From: an uncultured delta proteobacterium
GTDB taxonomy: Bacteria > Myxococcota_A > Polyangia > Fen-1088
Assembly: GCA_963737265.1 (NCBI GenBank)
Contig: CAVTRY010000015.1
Coordinates: 117,935-181,934 of the forward strand
Direction: 5' to 3'
Length of the DNA: 64,000 bases
A program made the translations under genes and the position numbers. The notes beneath the pieces are model-generated. The model ran no database searches. It was not told the origin of the DNA and worked only from the letters and a program-made list of their open reading frames with translations. Positions 31,833 through 42,823 of the stretch are shown here, piece by piece; the first letter of the stretch is position 1, and each line of letters opens with the position of its first letter.

Positions 31833-32877
31833 AGCCCAGCTCCTATTTGGAGTTATAGGTGTTCCGAGGCGGTGTGAGTGCGGCTGAGCGGCGGGAGATT
31901 GTGCTCCCTCCGTGATGGCATCGGTTGGACAATCGCCATCATTCCCGTCGTGGAAATGTTCATGGCGGCTTGCAGTTGCTGAGCGACAATTACATCTCCC
32001 CAAAGACGACAGCTACGTCGCCCCGCTTTGAGGCGCGACGGTGACCGTGAGGTAGACCTCCAAGCCCGCAAGCGGGCAGGAGGCACCTTTGAAGCCGGTC
32101 ACCGACGCCCAAGTGAGGCGTTTGATGGAAGAGATGAGCAAGATTGGAAAAGTAGGCCAGGCCGCCATGAAGGCGGGCATGGACCGGAAGACAGGGCGGC
32201 GATACATCGCCGCGGGCAAGCTACCGTCGGAGCTACGGCAGCCGCGGTGGTGGCGGACGCGCCCTGACGCGTTCGCCGAGGACTGGCCAGCCGTGGCCAA
32301 GTTGCTGGAGGAAACGCCTGGGCTGGAGGCTCAGACGGTGCTGGAGCTGCTGGAGGCGAAGCAGCCAGGGCGGTACAACGAGAGCCATCTTCGGACAATG
32401 CAGCGGCGAATCCGTCGCTGGCGGGCCGAGCATGGTCCTGCGCGTGAGATTTGGTTCACGCAGGCGCATCGGCCCGGTGAAGCCGCGCAAACCGACTTCA
32501 CGTCGACGGCGGAGCTTGGTGTGACGATCGTGGGCCAGCTATTTGTGCACCTTTTGTGCGTGACGGTGCTGCCGTACTCGAACTGGCAATGGGCGACCGC
32601 GTGTCTGTCGGAGTCTCTGGCAGCGCTTCGGCGAGGGATCCAGTCGGCGCTGTTTGAAGTGGACCCCTTTGGTAGGACCAGAAATGGCCCGAGCTAAGAG
32701 AGAGTCCGCGTGGGTTTGTTTGTAGATCCGGGTGAGCCTCGCCGGCAAGGAAATTGTTGAGAGCGGAGGCATGCTGATGGCTGCTGTCCACGGATGCAAT
32801 GCGCGCACGGCCCCACAGAAGCAGGTGAACGCGTTGCAGTTGTGGGCAGCGTGCCATCAGCATGATGCAGCGGCGAT

Positions 32878-33714
32878 TTAGGCGGCCTCTTTCATCGCCG
32901 ACTTCTTTAGTTCGAATTCGTAAAACGCTACGGGTGTCTGAAATCCAAGGGTTTGGTGAGGCCGCCTGTGGTTGTACTTGTCCAGGTAGATCGCGATGCC
33001 ACTGCGGGCGTCGGCCACGTCTCGGTAGTCGTTCAAGTAGACCTCCTCGCATTTGACAGACCGCCATAGACGCTCGACGAAGATGTTGTCCATGAATCGG
33101 CCGCGACCGTCCATGCTGACCTTTACGCCCTTGTCCAGCAAAACCGATGTGAAGTTGTCGTCGGTAAACTGCGACCCCTGGTCGGTGTTGAAGATCTCCG
33201 GCAAGCCGAAGTTCGCAAGAGCTTCTTCCACGACCTCGATGCAAAAACGGCTGTCCATCGTGTTTGAAATGCGCCAGGACAGAACCCGGCGCGTGTACCA
33301 ATCCATCACGGCGACCAGGTAGCAATGCCCCTGTCTCGTCGGGATGTACGTGATATCCGAGGCCCACACCTGATTGGGCCGAATGATCGCGAGATGGCGC
33401 AGCAAGTACGGGAATTTCGTATGTTCCGGCGCGGGGACGGTCGTCCGTGGTTTGGGCGCCAGCGCTTCGATGCCCATGATTCGCATCAGTCTCTGCACCC
33501 GTTTGCGATTCACCGTCTGCCCCTGTGCCTTTAGCAACCGTGACAGCTTCCGGCTGCCGAATGCTGGCAATTCGAGATGCAGCTTGTCCAGCTCCTTGCA
33601 GATGGCCAGATCTTCCTCTGCCATCGGCATCGGCTCCCAGTAGATGCCCGATCTCGCAAGATTCAGCAGCTCGCACTGCCGACGGACAGATAGGTCGTTG
33701 TGGGGCTCGATCAT
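32878..33714 (-). CDS. IS3 transposase OrfB (DDE)
   Basis: NQVWASDITY, NTDQGSQF, DNIFVERLWRSVK.E. Confidence 0.95.
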   Translation of the reverse strand: MIEPHNDLSVRRQCELLNLARSGIYWEPMPMAEEDLAICKELDKLHLELPAFGSRKLSRLLKAQGQTVNRKRVQRLMRIMGIEALAPKPRTTVPAPEHTKFPYLLRHLAIIRPNQVWASDITYIPTRQGHCYLVAVMDWYTRRVLSWRISNTMDSRFCIEVVEEALANFGLPEIFNTDQGSQFTDDNFTSVLLDKGVKVSMDGRGRFMDNIFVERLWRSVKCEEVYLNDYRDVADARSGIAIYLDKYNHRRPHQTLGFQTPVAFYEFELKKSAMKEAA

Positions 33715-33728
33715 GGCGCGCTTCTCCG

Positions 33729-34022
33729 TCAGCGAATGCGCGCGAGCCCGCGTGCTAAAAAATCATTCTCCAGCGTCAGCTGCCCCACCTTGCGCAGCAA
33801 TTCCGATTCGCGTTCGGCGTTCGCCGATTCCTCTGCATTTGCATGGCCTGGTTCGAAAACCATGGCCAGCCGTGTGACGGCTTCCTTCTTCCACTTGTGA
33901 ACCAGGTTCGGGTTGATCTTGTATCGGCGCCCGATCTCCACAACCGTTGCCTGCTCCCGCATGGCTTCGAGAGCTACCTGCGCCTTGAAGAGTGCTGTGT
34001 GCTTTTGGCGGTTCGTTTTCAT
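33729..34022 (-). CDS. IS3 transposase OrfA (HTH)
   Basis: FKAQVALEA...INPNLVHKWKK...GQLTLENDFL. Confidence 0.92.
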   Translation of the reverse strand: MKTNRQKHTALFKAQVALEAMREQATVVEIGRRYKINPNLVHKWKKEAVTRLAMVFEPGHANAEESANAERESELLRKVGQLTLENDFLARGLARIR

Positions 34023-35023
34023 CGTGTCCTGCCTCGTTGTTGAGGCGGACTACACCTTAGCTCCTGGTCCCATTTTTGGGGTCCACTTCAGTTCCAGCTT
34101 GGGCGGGTGCCGCGATACCACCAAACCGACCACTCGACGGCGGCGACACATCAGATCGCTCGCGATGCGGAAGATCGCACTTTCAACGATGAATACAAGG
34201 CGGTCATGCGGCACCTCGGAATGGAGCCACGAACTACAGCCGTCGGGGCCAAGGAACAAAACGGCGATGTGGAGGCCAGCAACGGCGCGCTCAAGCGTCG
34301 GCTTGAACAAGCGTTGCTGGTGCGTGGCAGCCGCGACTTCGCGGACCAAGACGACTACGAACGCTTCGTAGCCAAGGTGGTCCGCAAAGCCAACGCTTCG
34401 CGAGGCCCGCGCGTCGCCGAGGAGATCGAAGCCATGCGGCCGCTGGTGGTGGAGCGTTTGCCGGAGTACGCAGAAATGACGGCACCTGTGGCGTCGACGA
34501 GCACCATCCGGGTCAAGTCGTGCGCCTACTCGGTGCCGTCGAGGCTGATCGGCGCACGGGTGAGAGTCCGCGTGTTCGAGCACCGAATCGAGGTGTACTA
34601 CGCCGACAACTTGGAATTGGCCTGCGACAGGCTGCGAGGCAAGACCGCGCGCATCGACTACCGGCACGTCATCTGGTCTTTGGTGCGCAAGCCGGGCGCG
34701 TTTTCTCGCTACGTCTACCGAGAAGAGCTGTTTCCAAGCGTGACTTTCAGGCGGGCATACGACGCGATCCAGGCGACCAAGCCTGGAATCAAAGGCGACG
34801 TTGAATACCTGCGCATTCTTCACCTGGCCGCCAGCACGATGGAAGCCGATGTCGAGCAAGCGCTCACGACTCTGCTTGCCGATGGGACCATCTTGACGGC
34901 GGATGCAACCAAGAAGAGATGCACACAGGCGACGGACAGTACCTATCCACCGAGCGTCCCCGCGCTCGAAGCACCGCTGGTCGATCTCGCGTCCTACGAC
35001 CTGCTCCTCGAACAGGTGGCATC

Positions 35024-35872
35024 ATGACCAACGTCTCCGTAGACACGGTCAAGCCGAGCGCGCTCGACGCTCTGCTGGTGCTTCTGCGCGCGCTCAAGCT
35101 GCCTGCCTTCACCCGGCACGCCGAGGAGATCGCGATCAAGGCCAGCCGCGAGGGGTGGACCTTCAGCCAATACCTCCAGCACCTGGCCGAACTGGAAATC
35201 GAAGAGCGCCGAACCCGTCGCATCGATCGCGCGCTTCGCGATTCGGACCTTCCCACGGAGAAAACCCTGGCCACCCTGGAACGTGGTCGGCTGTCACCCA
35301 AGGTGATGAAGCAGATGGCGAGCCTGTGTGAGGGTGGCTTTGTCGAACGTGGGGAGAACCTGCTCGTCTTCGGACTGCCCGGCCGAGGCAAAAGTCACGT
35401 TGTGGCTGCCATCGGCCACGAACTCATCCGGCGCGGCTACCGGGTCCTCTTCACGCCGACCTTCGCGCTTGTCCAGAGGCTGCTGGCCGCCAAGCGCGAC
35501 CTTCGCCTGGAACGAGAACTGGCCGCGCTCAACATCTATCACGCCGTGATCCTCGACGACATCGGCTACGTCCAGCAGAGCCGCGATGAAATGGAGGTCC
35601 TTTTCACCTTCCTGGCCGAGCGGTACGAACGCAAGAGCGTCCTCATCACCAGCAACCTGGTCTTCAGCGATTGGATCCGCATTTTCAAGGATCCCATGAC
35701 CACCGCCGCCGCCATCGACCGACTGGTCCACCACGCGGTCATCCTTGAGATGACCGGCCCCAGCTACCGCAGCGAAGAAGCACGAAAGAGAGGCGTCACC
35801 ACCCCAGCGACAACTACGACAACTACCGATCAACCAACGACAACTACCCCCGACAACAATGGGGCGATGTAA
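35024..35872 (+). CDS. istB: IS21 helper ATPase IstB
   Basis: GLPGRGKSH, ILDDIGYV, ERYERKSVLITSN, AAIDRLVHH. Confidence 0.96.
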   Translation: MTNVSVDTVKPSALDALLVLLRALKLPAFTRHAEEIAIKASREGWTFSQYLQHLAELEIEERRTRRIDRALRDSDLPTEKTLATLERGRLSPKVMKQMASLCEGGFVERGENLLVFGLPGRGKSHVVAAIGHELIRRGYRVLFTPTFALVQRLLAAKRDLRLERELAALNIYHAVILDDIGYVQQSRDEMEVLFTFLAERYERKSVLITSNLVFSDWIRIFKDPMTTAAAIDRLVHHAVILEMTGPSYRSEEARKRGVTTPATTTTTTDQPTTTTPDNNGAM

Positions 35873-35910
35873 TTGACGTCACCGGGTGAATGTAGTTGAC
35901 GTCCAGCAGT

Positions 35911-36390
35911 CTTGGGATCATCGGGCACGGGCTGCGCTCAAGACAGTTTTGGGGACCGCCAGGACCGGGGCAAGTGCCCAAGATGGTCTTGCTGCTCGTC
36001 CGTCGCTTTCTCTGCAAGTGCGGCGCCGTGCTCACCGTGGTTCCTTGCGAAACGATACCGGGACGGCTTTACACCTCGTCTGCGGTCGGGTGGGCGTTGG
36101 CCTTGTTCGGGGTGCAGAAATTGTCTATTGCGGAAGTGCGGCGACAGACGAGTCCGCGGACGATCATCGGCGAGACCGCCATCACCGGTTGGGCCACGTT
36201 GCGGCGCTGGATTCGCGCCATTCGTGCGGGCACGCTGCTGTCCGGACTGCGCGCTTCGCCGTCGGATTTCACCGCACGGCAGGCGGCTGAGCGGGCGGCG
36301 TTGGGACTCGCTTCACTCGGGCCGCCGCCCTCGAACGAGGCGTCTGTGGCAACCCGGGCTTTCCAAGGAGCGACGCTCGCTATGCGATGA
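35911..36390 (+). pseudogene. 3' part of the transposon accessory gene (Zn-ribbon/HTH), interrupted by IS21
   Basis: GHGLRSRQ, RRFLCKCG, WATLRRW; lies directly upstream of the DDE gene. Confidence 0.6.
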
Positions 36391-36507
36391 CCATCAGACT
36401 TTTCCCGTCGCTGGGACTTCGCCCACCCGCGAAGATCCCTGCCAGGCGTGGCCGGAATGAAGCATGGCTTTACCTGCATCGCACACCGCGATTGCAGAAG
36501 GGACACC

Positions 36508-37872
36508 ATGACCGACCTACAAAGCCTGAAGCCCAAGGACCATGCCGAGGAGGTAGCCATCTTTCGCAGCGAGATCGTCGGCGCACTCACCCGGCGAGAT
36601 CTCGACCACGGAGAGTTGGCGGCGACGCTGAAAGATCTGGCCGCCGAGCGCTACCGGCCGCCGGGAGCGGACAGCACGCGCAGATTCTCCATTCCGACGC
36701 TGGAGCGTTGGTACTACGCCTACAAAGCTGGAAGCCTAGATGCCCTGCGCCCCGAACCACGCAGCGATAGTGGACGCGCGCAGGAGCTGACAGCGGAGCA
36801 GCGCACGCTTCTGTGCGACATCCGGCGCGAGCACCCCTCGGCTTCGGTGCCCTTGATCCTTCGCACCCTGACCCTCGACGGACGATTGAGCAAGGACGCG
36901 GTGTCGGCCTCGACGGTGCGGCGGCTTTTCGCCGACGAGGGACTGGACCGCATTCCCATGCGCGATAGCAAGGGGCCGAAGACCAGGCTGCGCTGGGAAG
37001 CCGAGCGGCCTGGGGCGCTCTGGCACGGTGATGTCTGTTACGGCCCGGCGATTTCGGTCGACGGCAAAAACATGCCGGTGCGAATTCACGGACTTCTCGA
37101 CGATGCCTCTCGCTTCATCATCGCGCTGGAAGCGCACCACACCGAGCGCGAGGTGGATATGCTCGGCATGTTTGTGCGCGCCCTGCGCAGGCATGGGCCA
37201 CCCGATGCCTTGTACCTCGACAACGGCAGCACCTATCGCGGCGACATCTTGTCCACGGCTTGTGCGCGCATGGGCGTCTCCCTGTTGCACGCGCGTCCCT
37301 ACGACCCGCAGGCACGTGGAAAAATGGAGCGCTTCTGGCGCACCCTGCGCCAGGGATGTCTCGACTTTCTTGGCCAGGTGTCGTCGTTACACGACATCAA
37401 CGTGCGACTGTGGGCCTTTCTCGACGAGCACTACCACAAGGCGCCGCACGCGTCGCTGCTCGGCCGCGCGCCCGCGCGCGTGTACGAGGCAGCCGAACGT
37501 CCCACCGACCGCTTTGACGAGCACAAGCTGCGCGAGGCGCTGACCGTGCGCGTGCGCCGCCGCGTACGCCGAGATACCACGCTGCCACTGGAGGGTACGG
37601 ACTGGGAGCTTGACCAGGGCTTCCTCGCAGGGCGACTGGTCATGGTGGCCCGTTGCCTCGTCGACATGAACGAAGCTCCGTGGGTCGAGCACGAGGGAAA
37701 GGCGCTGCCTCTTCATCCCGTCGACCCTGCTAAGAACGCCCGCCGAAAGCGCTCAAATCGTGGCGGGGGACATGCGACAAAAGCCTCGCGACCGGTGCCC
37801 TTCGATCCGCCCTCCGTGCTGCTCGACCGAGCCGTCGGCCGAAACCCTTCGCCACAAGGAGGTGACCGATGA
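36508..37872 (+). CDS. DDE integrase/transposase (IS481/Mu-like)
   Basis: LWHGD, LLDDASR, LYLDNGS, ARGKMERFWRTL, YHKAPHASL. Confidence 0.92.
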   Translation: MTDLQSLKPKDHAEEVAIFRSEIVGALTRRDLDHGELAATLKDLAAERYRPPGADSTRRFSIPTLERWYYAYKAGSLDALRPEPRSDSGRAQELTAEQRTLLCDIRREHPSASVPLILRTLTLDGRLSKDAVSASTVRRLFADEGLDRIPMRDSKGPKTRLRWEAERPGALWHGDVCYGPAISVDGKNMPVRIHGLLDDASRFIIALEAHHTEREVDMLGMFVRALRRHGPPDALYLDNGSTYRGDILSTACARMGVSLLHARPYDPQARGKMERFWRTLRQGCLDFLGQVSSLHDINVRLWAFLDEHYHKAPHASLLGRAPARVYEAAERPTDRFDEHKLREALTVRVRRRVRRDTTLPLEGTDWELDQGFLAGRLVMVARCLVDMNEAPWVEHEGKALPLHPVDPAKNARRKRSNRGGGHATKASRPVPFDPPSVLLDRAVGRNPSPQGGDR

Positions 37873-38684
37873 CGCCTGCCTATCTCGGCCACTTCGCCCT
37901 CGAACGCGCCCCCTTCTCCAAGGAGATTGCCGACGTCGACCTGTGGATGCCGCCTTCCAAGGAGGCCCTGGTACACGAGCTGTGCGAGGCGCTCCATGAG
38001 CGTGCGTCCATTATCCTCACTGGCGATCCCGGCGCCGGCAAAACCTGCGTCCTGCGTGCCTTGCGCCACAGGCTGCCGCAAACTGGTTTCCGTCTGACCT
38101 ACTGCCACAACGCCACTCTCGGCCGCCGCGATTTCTATCGCCAGCTTTGTCTCGCCTTGGGGCTCGCGCCTTCCGCCGCCGCCGCGGCTCTCTTCTTCGC
38201 CGTCTCCTCCCACGTCGAAGATCTTGGCCGCGAGCGTGTTCACCCGGTCTTCCTCTTGGATGAGGCCCACCTGCTCCACCAAGACATGCTGGATCATCTG
38301 CACATTTTGCTGAACTACCAGTGGGACAGTAGGGCGCTCCTGTCCCTCGTCCTCGTCGGCCTGCCAGAACTTTCCGACAGGCTCGTCCTCCGTCGCAATC
38401 GATCCTTGTACTCGCGCATTTACACCCGGCTCAATGTCGCGCCCCTGACCCCGGACGACACCGCCGACTACATTCGCTCCAGACTCAAACAATCAGGCTG
38501 CGACCGCGAGCTTGTCACGGCCGACGCCTTGGCCATGCTCCACGAAGCCGCCGCCGGATCTTTGCGCGACCTCGACCGGCTCGCCACCGCCGCCCTTCGC
38601 GACGCCGCCCGCAGAAAGCGAAAACTCGTCGAGCGCGATGCCATCACCCGTATCGTCGACTCCGAACCCAGGGATCCAGCATGA
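37869..38684 (+). CDS. ExeA-family AAA ATPase (transposition helper)
   Basis: GDPGAGKT, LLDEAHLL, LVLVGLPEL; ATGA-coupled to the transposase. Confidence 0.92.
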   Translation: MTPAYLGHFALERAPFSKEIADVDLWMPPSKEALVHELCEALHERASIILTGDPGAGKTCVLRALRHRLPQTGFRLTYCHNATLGRRDFYRQLCLALGLAPSAAAAALFFAVSSHVEDLGRERVHPVFLLDEAHLLHQDMLDHLHILLNYQWDSRALLSLVLVGLPELSDRLVLRRNRSLYSRIYTRLNVAPLTPDDTADYIRSRLKQSGCDRELVTADALAMLHEAAAGSLRDLDRLATAALRDAARRKRKLVERDAITRIVDSEPRDPA

Positions 38685-38905
38685 GGCGCCCACCGCCACC
38701 ACACGCCCAGATCCATCTGCCTCCAATGGACGCATCGTATGCCCTGACCATCGTCGACGTGTTCGAGCGGGCCATCGCAGCCATCTGGCGTGCCCATGGC
38801 GATGCCATCGCCGACCTGCAGGCGTTGCGCGGGATCGAAACACCCAGGCCCCCTGACGCCGTCTGGGAATCTGTCCCCGACGGCCCTCACGACGACTGCT
38901 TCTGA
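38681..38905 (+). CDS. Small hypothetical transposon protein
   Basis: ATGA-coupled last gene of the transposon operon. Confidence 0.6.
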   Translation: MRRPPPPHAQIHLPPMDASYALTIVDVFERAIAAIWRAHGDAIADLQALRGIETPRPPDAVWESVPDGPHDDCF

Positions 38906-38916
38906 ACCGACCCAAT

Positions 38917-38967
38917 GATGGGCATCACGGAAGTGACAGGCACCCTGTCACCTTCGCGATGCCCATC
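38917..38967. terminator. Long hairpin near the transposon right end
   Basis: GATGGGCATC...GTGACAGG / CCTGTCAC...GATGCCCATC inverted repeat. Confidence 0.55.
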
Positions 38968-39039
38968 TGCTATCTGGACCGCAAACCCATCAGCCTGTTT
39001 GCGTGGCAACAATAGGACACTTCGAGCCTCGGTGGAACG

Positions 39040-40431
39040 TTAGAGTCCCCCTAGAGTGACGATGGACCAGGGGTTCGACCCTGTTGCGACCGTGCTCAGC
39101 GTGGCCGTGAGCGCCCCATCGACGCCGACGGTGAATTGCGAGATGTTGCCCTGTCCGCCGTTCGTCACGTAGGCGTACTTGCCCGAGGGATCGACGGCGA
39201 TGGCTACGGGTGACACACCCGCCGCGACCGTGGCCGTGGACATGGCGGCGAGCGCCCCGCTATTCGGGTCGATGGTGAACTGAGAGACGTTGTTGCCGTT
39301 CGAGTTTGGCACGTAGGCGTATTTGCCCGAGGGATGGACCGTGATGGTGAAGGGCTGCGGCCCCGCCGTGACCGAGGCCATGGTCGTGAGCGCCCCGGTA
39401 GTCTGGTCGATCGTGTACTGGGAGATGGTTCCGAAATCGAAGCACGCCACGTAGGCGTACTTGCCCGAGGGGTGGATCGTGACCTGCCGGGGACCCGAGC
39501 CCGCCGGGACCGAGGCCGGGGTCATCGCCTGGAGGGTTCCATTCGCGCCGATCGTGTACTGATAGACGATGTAGTCATTTCGCTGGGACGTCACGTAGGC
39601 GTACTTGCCCGAGGGGTGGACGGCAATGGAGGAGAGCATTTCGTTCCCCACCGGGTAGGGCCCGGACAGGGATGAAAGCGCCCCATTCGTGCCGATCGTG
39701 TACGAAATGACGTTGCCATAGCTGGGCGCCAGCGAGTTCACCACGTAGGCGTAGCTGCCCGAGGGATCGACCGCGACGGAGCTCGGCCATGGGGTCCCTG
39801 GCCCTGTCGCGACCGCGGCCGGGCTCATGGGTGCGAGCGCCCCATTCGCGCCGATCGTGTACTGGGATACGGTTCCATCTTGGTTATTCCCTACGTAGAC
39901 GTGCTTACCCGAGGGAGCGATGGCGATTGATATGGGTTCGCTGCCCGCCGCGACGGTGGCCGGACTCATGGGTGTGAGCGCCCCGTTCGGGCCGATGGTG
40001 TACTGAGAGATGGTTTGGCCCATTTGATTCGTCGCATAAGCATAGCCCGCGCTCCACAAGGCGTAGAGGGTGATGCTTGCCGTGCCCATCTGGAAGGTCT
40101 GGCCCGGCGCGTAGGTCGTGCCGGATCCGTCAGCCATCGTCTGCCATCCCACGAAAGAATACCCGGCATACGCGAGGCTGCCTGGATTCGCGAGCGCCGT
40201 GACGGTCTGCCCTTGCGCATAGGTGCCTGGGTCGACCGGGACGATGCCGGCGGTCGCGCCGTTACCGATGTAGCTCACGGTATATGTGCCGGCGCTGCCG
40301 CCGACCCCGCCACCACCGCCGCCCGTCCCGGCACCACCACCACCTGCTCCGCCCCCGCCGCTTCCTCCGCAAGCGGCAAGGACAATCGATGATGCGAGAA
40401 GCGCGACCAGTGACTGGATAGTTCTCTTCAT
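39040..40431 (-). CDS. Lipoprotein with InlB B-repeat and lactonase-type beta-propeller
   Basis: Lipobox LAAC, Gly linker, YTVSYIGNGAT...GYSFVGW...ITLYALW, about seven P..IAVHPSGKYAYV repeats. Confidence 0.88.
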   Translation of the reverse strand: MKRTIQSLVALLASSIVLAACGGSGGGGAGGGGAGTGGGGGGVGGSAGTYTVSYIGNGATAGIVPVDPGTYAQGQTVTALANPGSLAYAGYSFVGWQTMADGSGTTYAPGQTFQMGTASITLYALWSAGYAYATNQMGQTISQYTIGPNGALTPMSPATVAAGSEPISIAIAPSGKHVYVGNNQDGTVSQYTIGANGALAPMSPAAVATGPGTPWPSSVAVDPSGSYAYVVNSLAPSYGNVISYTIGTNGALSSLSGPYPVGNEMLSSIAVHPSGKYAYVTSQRNDYIVYQYTIGANGTLQAMTPASVPAGSGPRQVTIHPSGKYAYVACFDFGTISQYTIDQTTGALTTMASVTAGPQPFTITVHPSGKYAYVPNSNGNNVSQFTIDPNSGALAAMSTATVAAGVSPVAIAVDPSGKYAYVTNGGQGNISQFTVGVDGALTATLSTVATGSNPWSIVTLGGL

Positions 40432-40589
40432 TTCCTTCTGTCTCCTTCGGTGCATTTCACGATAAAAGGGGACCACCCTGCGAGCCAGACGCGAGTGCCC
40501 ACGTCCATCCTAGCAGGCCGTGGTGAAAACGGTTTCGTGACTCACGGCCGCCGCGAGCACACACACGCCACCACTTCGACTCCGCCCTC

Positions 40590-40790
40590 CATCTTCTGGC
40601 TCCGGCAGGCGAATCATTCCCCTCCGGTGCAGACGGCCCATGAGCAAACGGCACGAGGTGATCGCCAGCGCACCGTCGGCGCTTCGCCATCCGAAGCGCT
40701 GGCACACGGCTTCCGCCATCTCCACGTACGAGTGGTGATGCAGGCCGCCGACTTGAAGGCGTTGCGATATCTGCGTCTCGGCGTCTCGGA
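40590..40790 (-). pseudogene. N-terminal fragment of a DUF4338-like (IS-associated) protein
   Basis: [15 protein letters not shown]...[18 protein letters not shown] pattern; truncated. Confidence 0.55.
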
Positions 40791-40827
40791 GTGTGACTTG
40801 ACGCAAACGTTTGGCTATATTGCCGTC

Positions 40828-41247
40828 GTGACATCGTCGGGCGCAAGCCAAGGTCAATCGGCATCGGAGCTCATCTCGAAAAGAATCGCCGAGCTCGGCG
40901 ACTGGCGCGGGGATACCCTGGGCAGAATGCGTGAGCTCGTCAAGCAAGCAGACCCGGACGTCGTCGAAGAGTGGAAGTGGATGGGCACTCCGACTTGGTC
41001 GCACGCCGGCATCATCTGCACCGGCGAATCCTACAAGAAGGTCGTGAAGCTAACCTTCGCCAAGGGCGCGTCCTTGAAGGATCCGGCCCGTCTCTTCAAC
41101 TCGAGTCTCGACGGAAACGTACGCCGAGCGATCGACATCCACGAAGGAGAAGAAGTTGACGAGTCCGCCTTCAAAGCGCTCGTTCGCCAAGCGGTCGCCC
41201 TCAACAGTTCTCGCAAGACGAAACCTTCGAAGGAGGCGCAGTCCTGA
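40828..41247 (+). CDS. DUF1801 (YdhG-like) protein
   Basis: [45 protein letters not shown]. Confidence 0.9.
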   Translation: MTSSGASQGQSASELISKRIAELGDWRGDTLGRMRELVKQADPDVVEEWKWMGTPTWSHAGIICTGESYKKVVKLTFAKGASLKDPARLFNSSLDGNVRRAIDIHEGEEVDESAFKALVRQAVALNSSRKTKPSKEAQS

Positions 41248-41314
41248 GGGTCCCCTGCGCGCCGGGCACGGCCGACTCGATGCAGCCCGGCTTGCGTGTT
41301 ACACCAGAGCAGCG

Positions 41315-42488
41315 ATGCCGGAAATCAACGAGCCAACGATTGCACTCGCCGATGTGCTGCGCCCGACCGTGCTTCACGTCGACTTGGCTCGGCTGACCGC
41401 GAATTACGAGTCGCTCTGCCGGCACGCTGGCGTGCCGGTGTTGGTGGTGCTCAAGGCCAACGCCTATGGCCATGGGCTCATCGAAGTAGGCCGCCACTTC
41501 GACCTCTTGGGAGCGCCGTGCTTGGGCGTCGCATATCTTGAGGAAGGGCTGCGGCTTCGTCACGCAGGGGTACGCGCCCCCATCCTCGTGCTGGGCGGCA
41601 TCGTGGGCGAGCAGATCCCGCTGTTTCTAAAGAACGAGCTGACGCTGACGGCATCGTCGCTGGACAAGCTCCGCGCCATCGAGACCTGCGCGGCGGCGCT
41701 CGGCTACACGGCGCACGTCCACTTGAAGATCGATACCGGGATGGAGCGCATCGGCGTGCATTGGTATAGCGCCGGCAAACTGCTGGAGGCGTCGCTGCGC
41801 TCTCCTCACGTGAAAGTCGACGGTGTATTTTCGCACTTCGCCAGCGCCGATGCCGAAGACCTAACCCATGCCCGTCTGCAGTTGGAGCGTTTCCTGGAGG
41901 TGCTCGAACTTCTACCGCGTCCGATCGCTGCCGCCGCCAACCCGCCACATGGCCAGCTCGGGCGCGGTACTAAAGCTGCCGGAAGCTCGCCTCGACATGG
42001 TTCGGCCGGGCGTGCTGCTCTACGGCGCCTATCCCGCGCCGCACCTTGCGCGCTCCATTACCGTCCGCCCGGCATTGCGCTGGACCTCGCACGTTGTCTA
42101 CTTCAAGGTCGTTCAGCCCGGTGCCGGCGTCAGCTACGGGTTGACGTGGACAGCCGAGACGCCGGTGCGCGTGGTCACGTTGCCGGTTGGCTATGGCGAC
42201 GGCTATATGCGCTCGATGTCTGGCCATGCGCAGGTGGTGATTCGTGGCCGCCGTTACCCCGTGGTGGGCCGTATTTGCATGGACCAGGTCATGGTGAACC
42301 TGGGCTGGGACAGCGCGTGGAACGGCGACGAGGTGGGGCTGCTTGGCGGGGACGGCGAATCCGCCATCGGTGTCGAGGAGATGGCGACGTGGGCAGGTAC
42401 AATCCCCCATGAGATCCTGACCAGCATCAACACGCGCGTACCTCGCGTCTACGCCAACCGCTTGCCCGACCGCCATGGCAAAAGCTGA
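41315..42488 (+). CDS. alr: Alanine racemase with an apparent frameshift near 41906
   Basis: VLKANAYGHG (PLP Lys), HLKIDTGMERIG; second frame has MVRPG..LYG, VSYG, PVGYGDG, GRICMD. Confidence 0.92.
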
Positions 42489-42647
42489 AGACGTGTCCAT
42501 CAATCGCTCCCGTCGCCCATCCGGCTGCGCAGCCCACCCGCTTCGTTTCTCCTCGCCTACACAGTCCGAGCTATGCGCGCTCGTCGCGCCTCGCGAGCAG
42601 GCTTGCTCGCTCGGCCGGGGCTCGGTCCGCGATTGATAGACACGTCT
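42489..42647. mobile_element. 159-bp MITE with IS5-like ends inserted at the alr stop codon
   Basis: 19-bp IRs AGACGTGTCCATCAATCGC / GCGATTGATAGACACGTCT and a TGA duplication within gcTGAgc. Confidence 0.8.
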
Positions 42648-42823
42648 TGAGCGAAGCCGACACCGTAGAGTCGCGTTCAGTTCGTCGCGTACAGCATGGG
42701 CAGGGTAGCTTCAGCCACCAAGCTTTCCAGCGGAACATCGTGAATCACCCAGGGCAGCGAGCCTTCGGGCAACACCAGGGCGAGCTCGAGTCGCGGAACG
42801 AGGTAACGTGCGACCACGGGAGC
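42629..42823. repeat. Copy 1 of a 195-bp direct repeat (MITE IR plus 3' end of the ackA-like gene)
   Basis: Matches 55121-55315 at offset 12492 with two substitutions. Confidence 0.95.

Larger units (their letters stand above)
32655..34090 (-). mobile_element. IS3-family insertion sequence
   Basis: IRs TGAAGTGGACCCC at both ends and a 3-bp GTT duplication. Confidence 0.95.
32089..35027 (+). pseudogene. istA: IS21 transposase IstA split by IS3
   Basis: MDRKTGRRY, PGEAAQTDF, ...ALF|QLGRVPRYHQTD, NGDVE, YSVPSRLIG; the frame rejoins on removing IS3. Confidence 0.9.
31977..35908 (+). mobile_element. IS21-family element interrupted by IS3
   Basis: About 48-bp imperfect IRs with tandem sub-repeats (TGCTGAGCGACAATTACA / TGTAGTTGACGTCCAGCA). 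The right end could be 35905, which would give a GCAGT duplication. Confidence 0.88.
31860..39011 (+). mobile_element. Mu/IS481-like DDE plus ExeA-ATPase transposon hosting nested IS21 and IS3
   Basis: TGTT...AACA ends with a 5-bp target duplication ATAGG (31855-31859 and 39012-39016). Confidence 0.8.

Noticed and set aside
40590-40790. Druantia defence system (DruA/DUF4338)
   Set aside because: Only a short N-terminal fragment is present, with no other Druantia genes; this family is commonly IS-associated.
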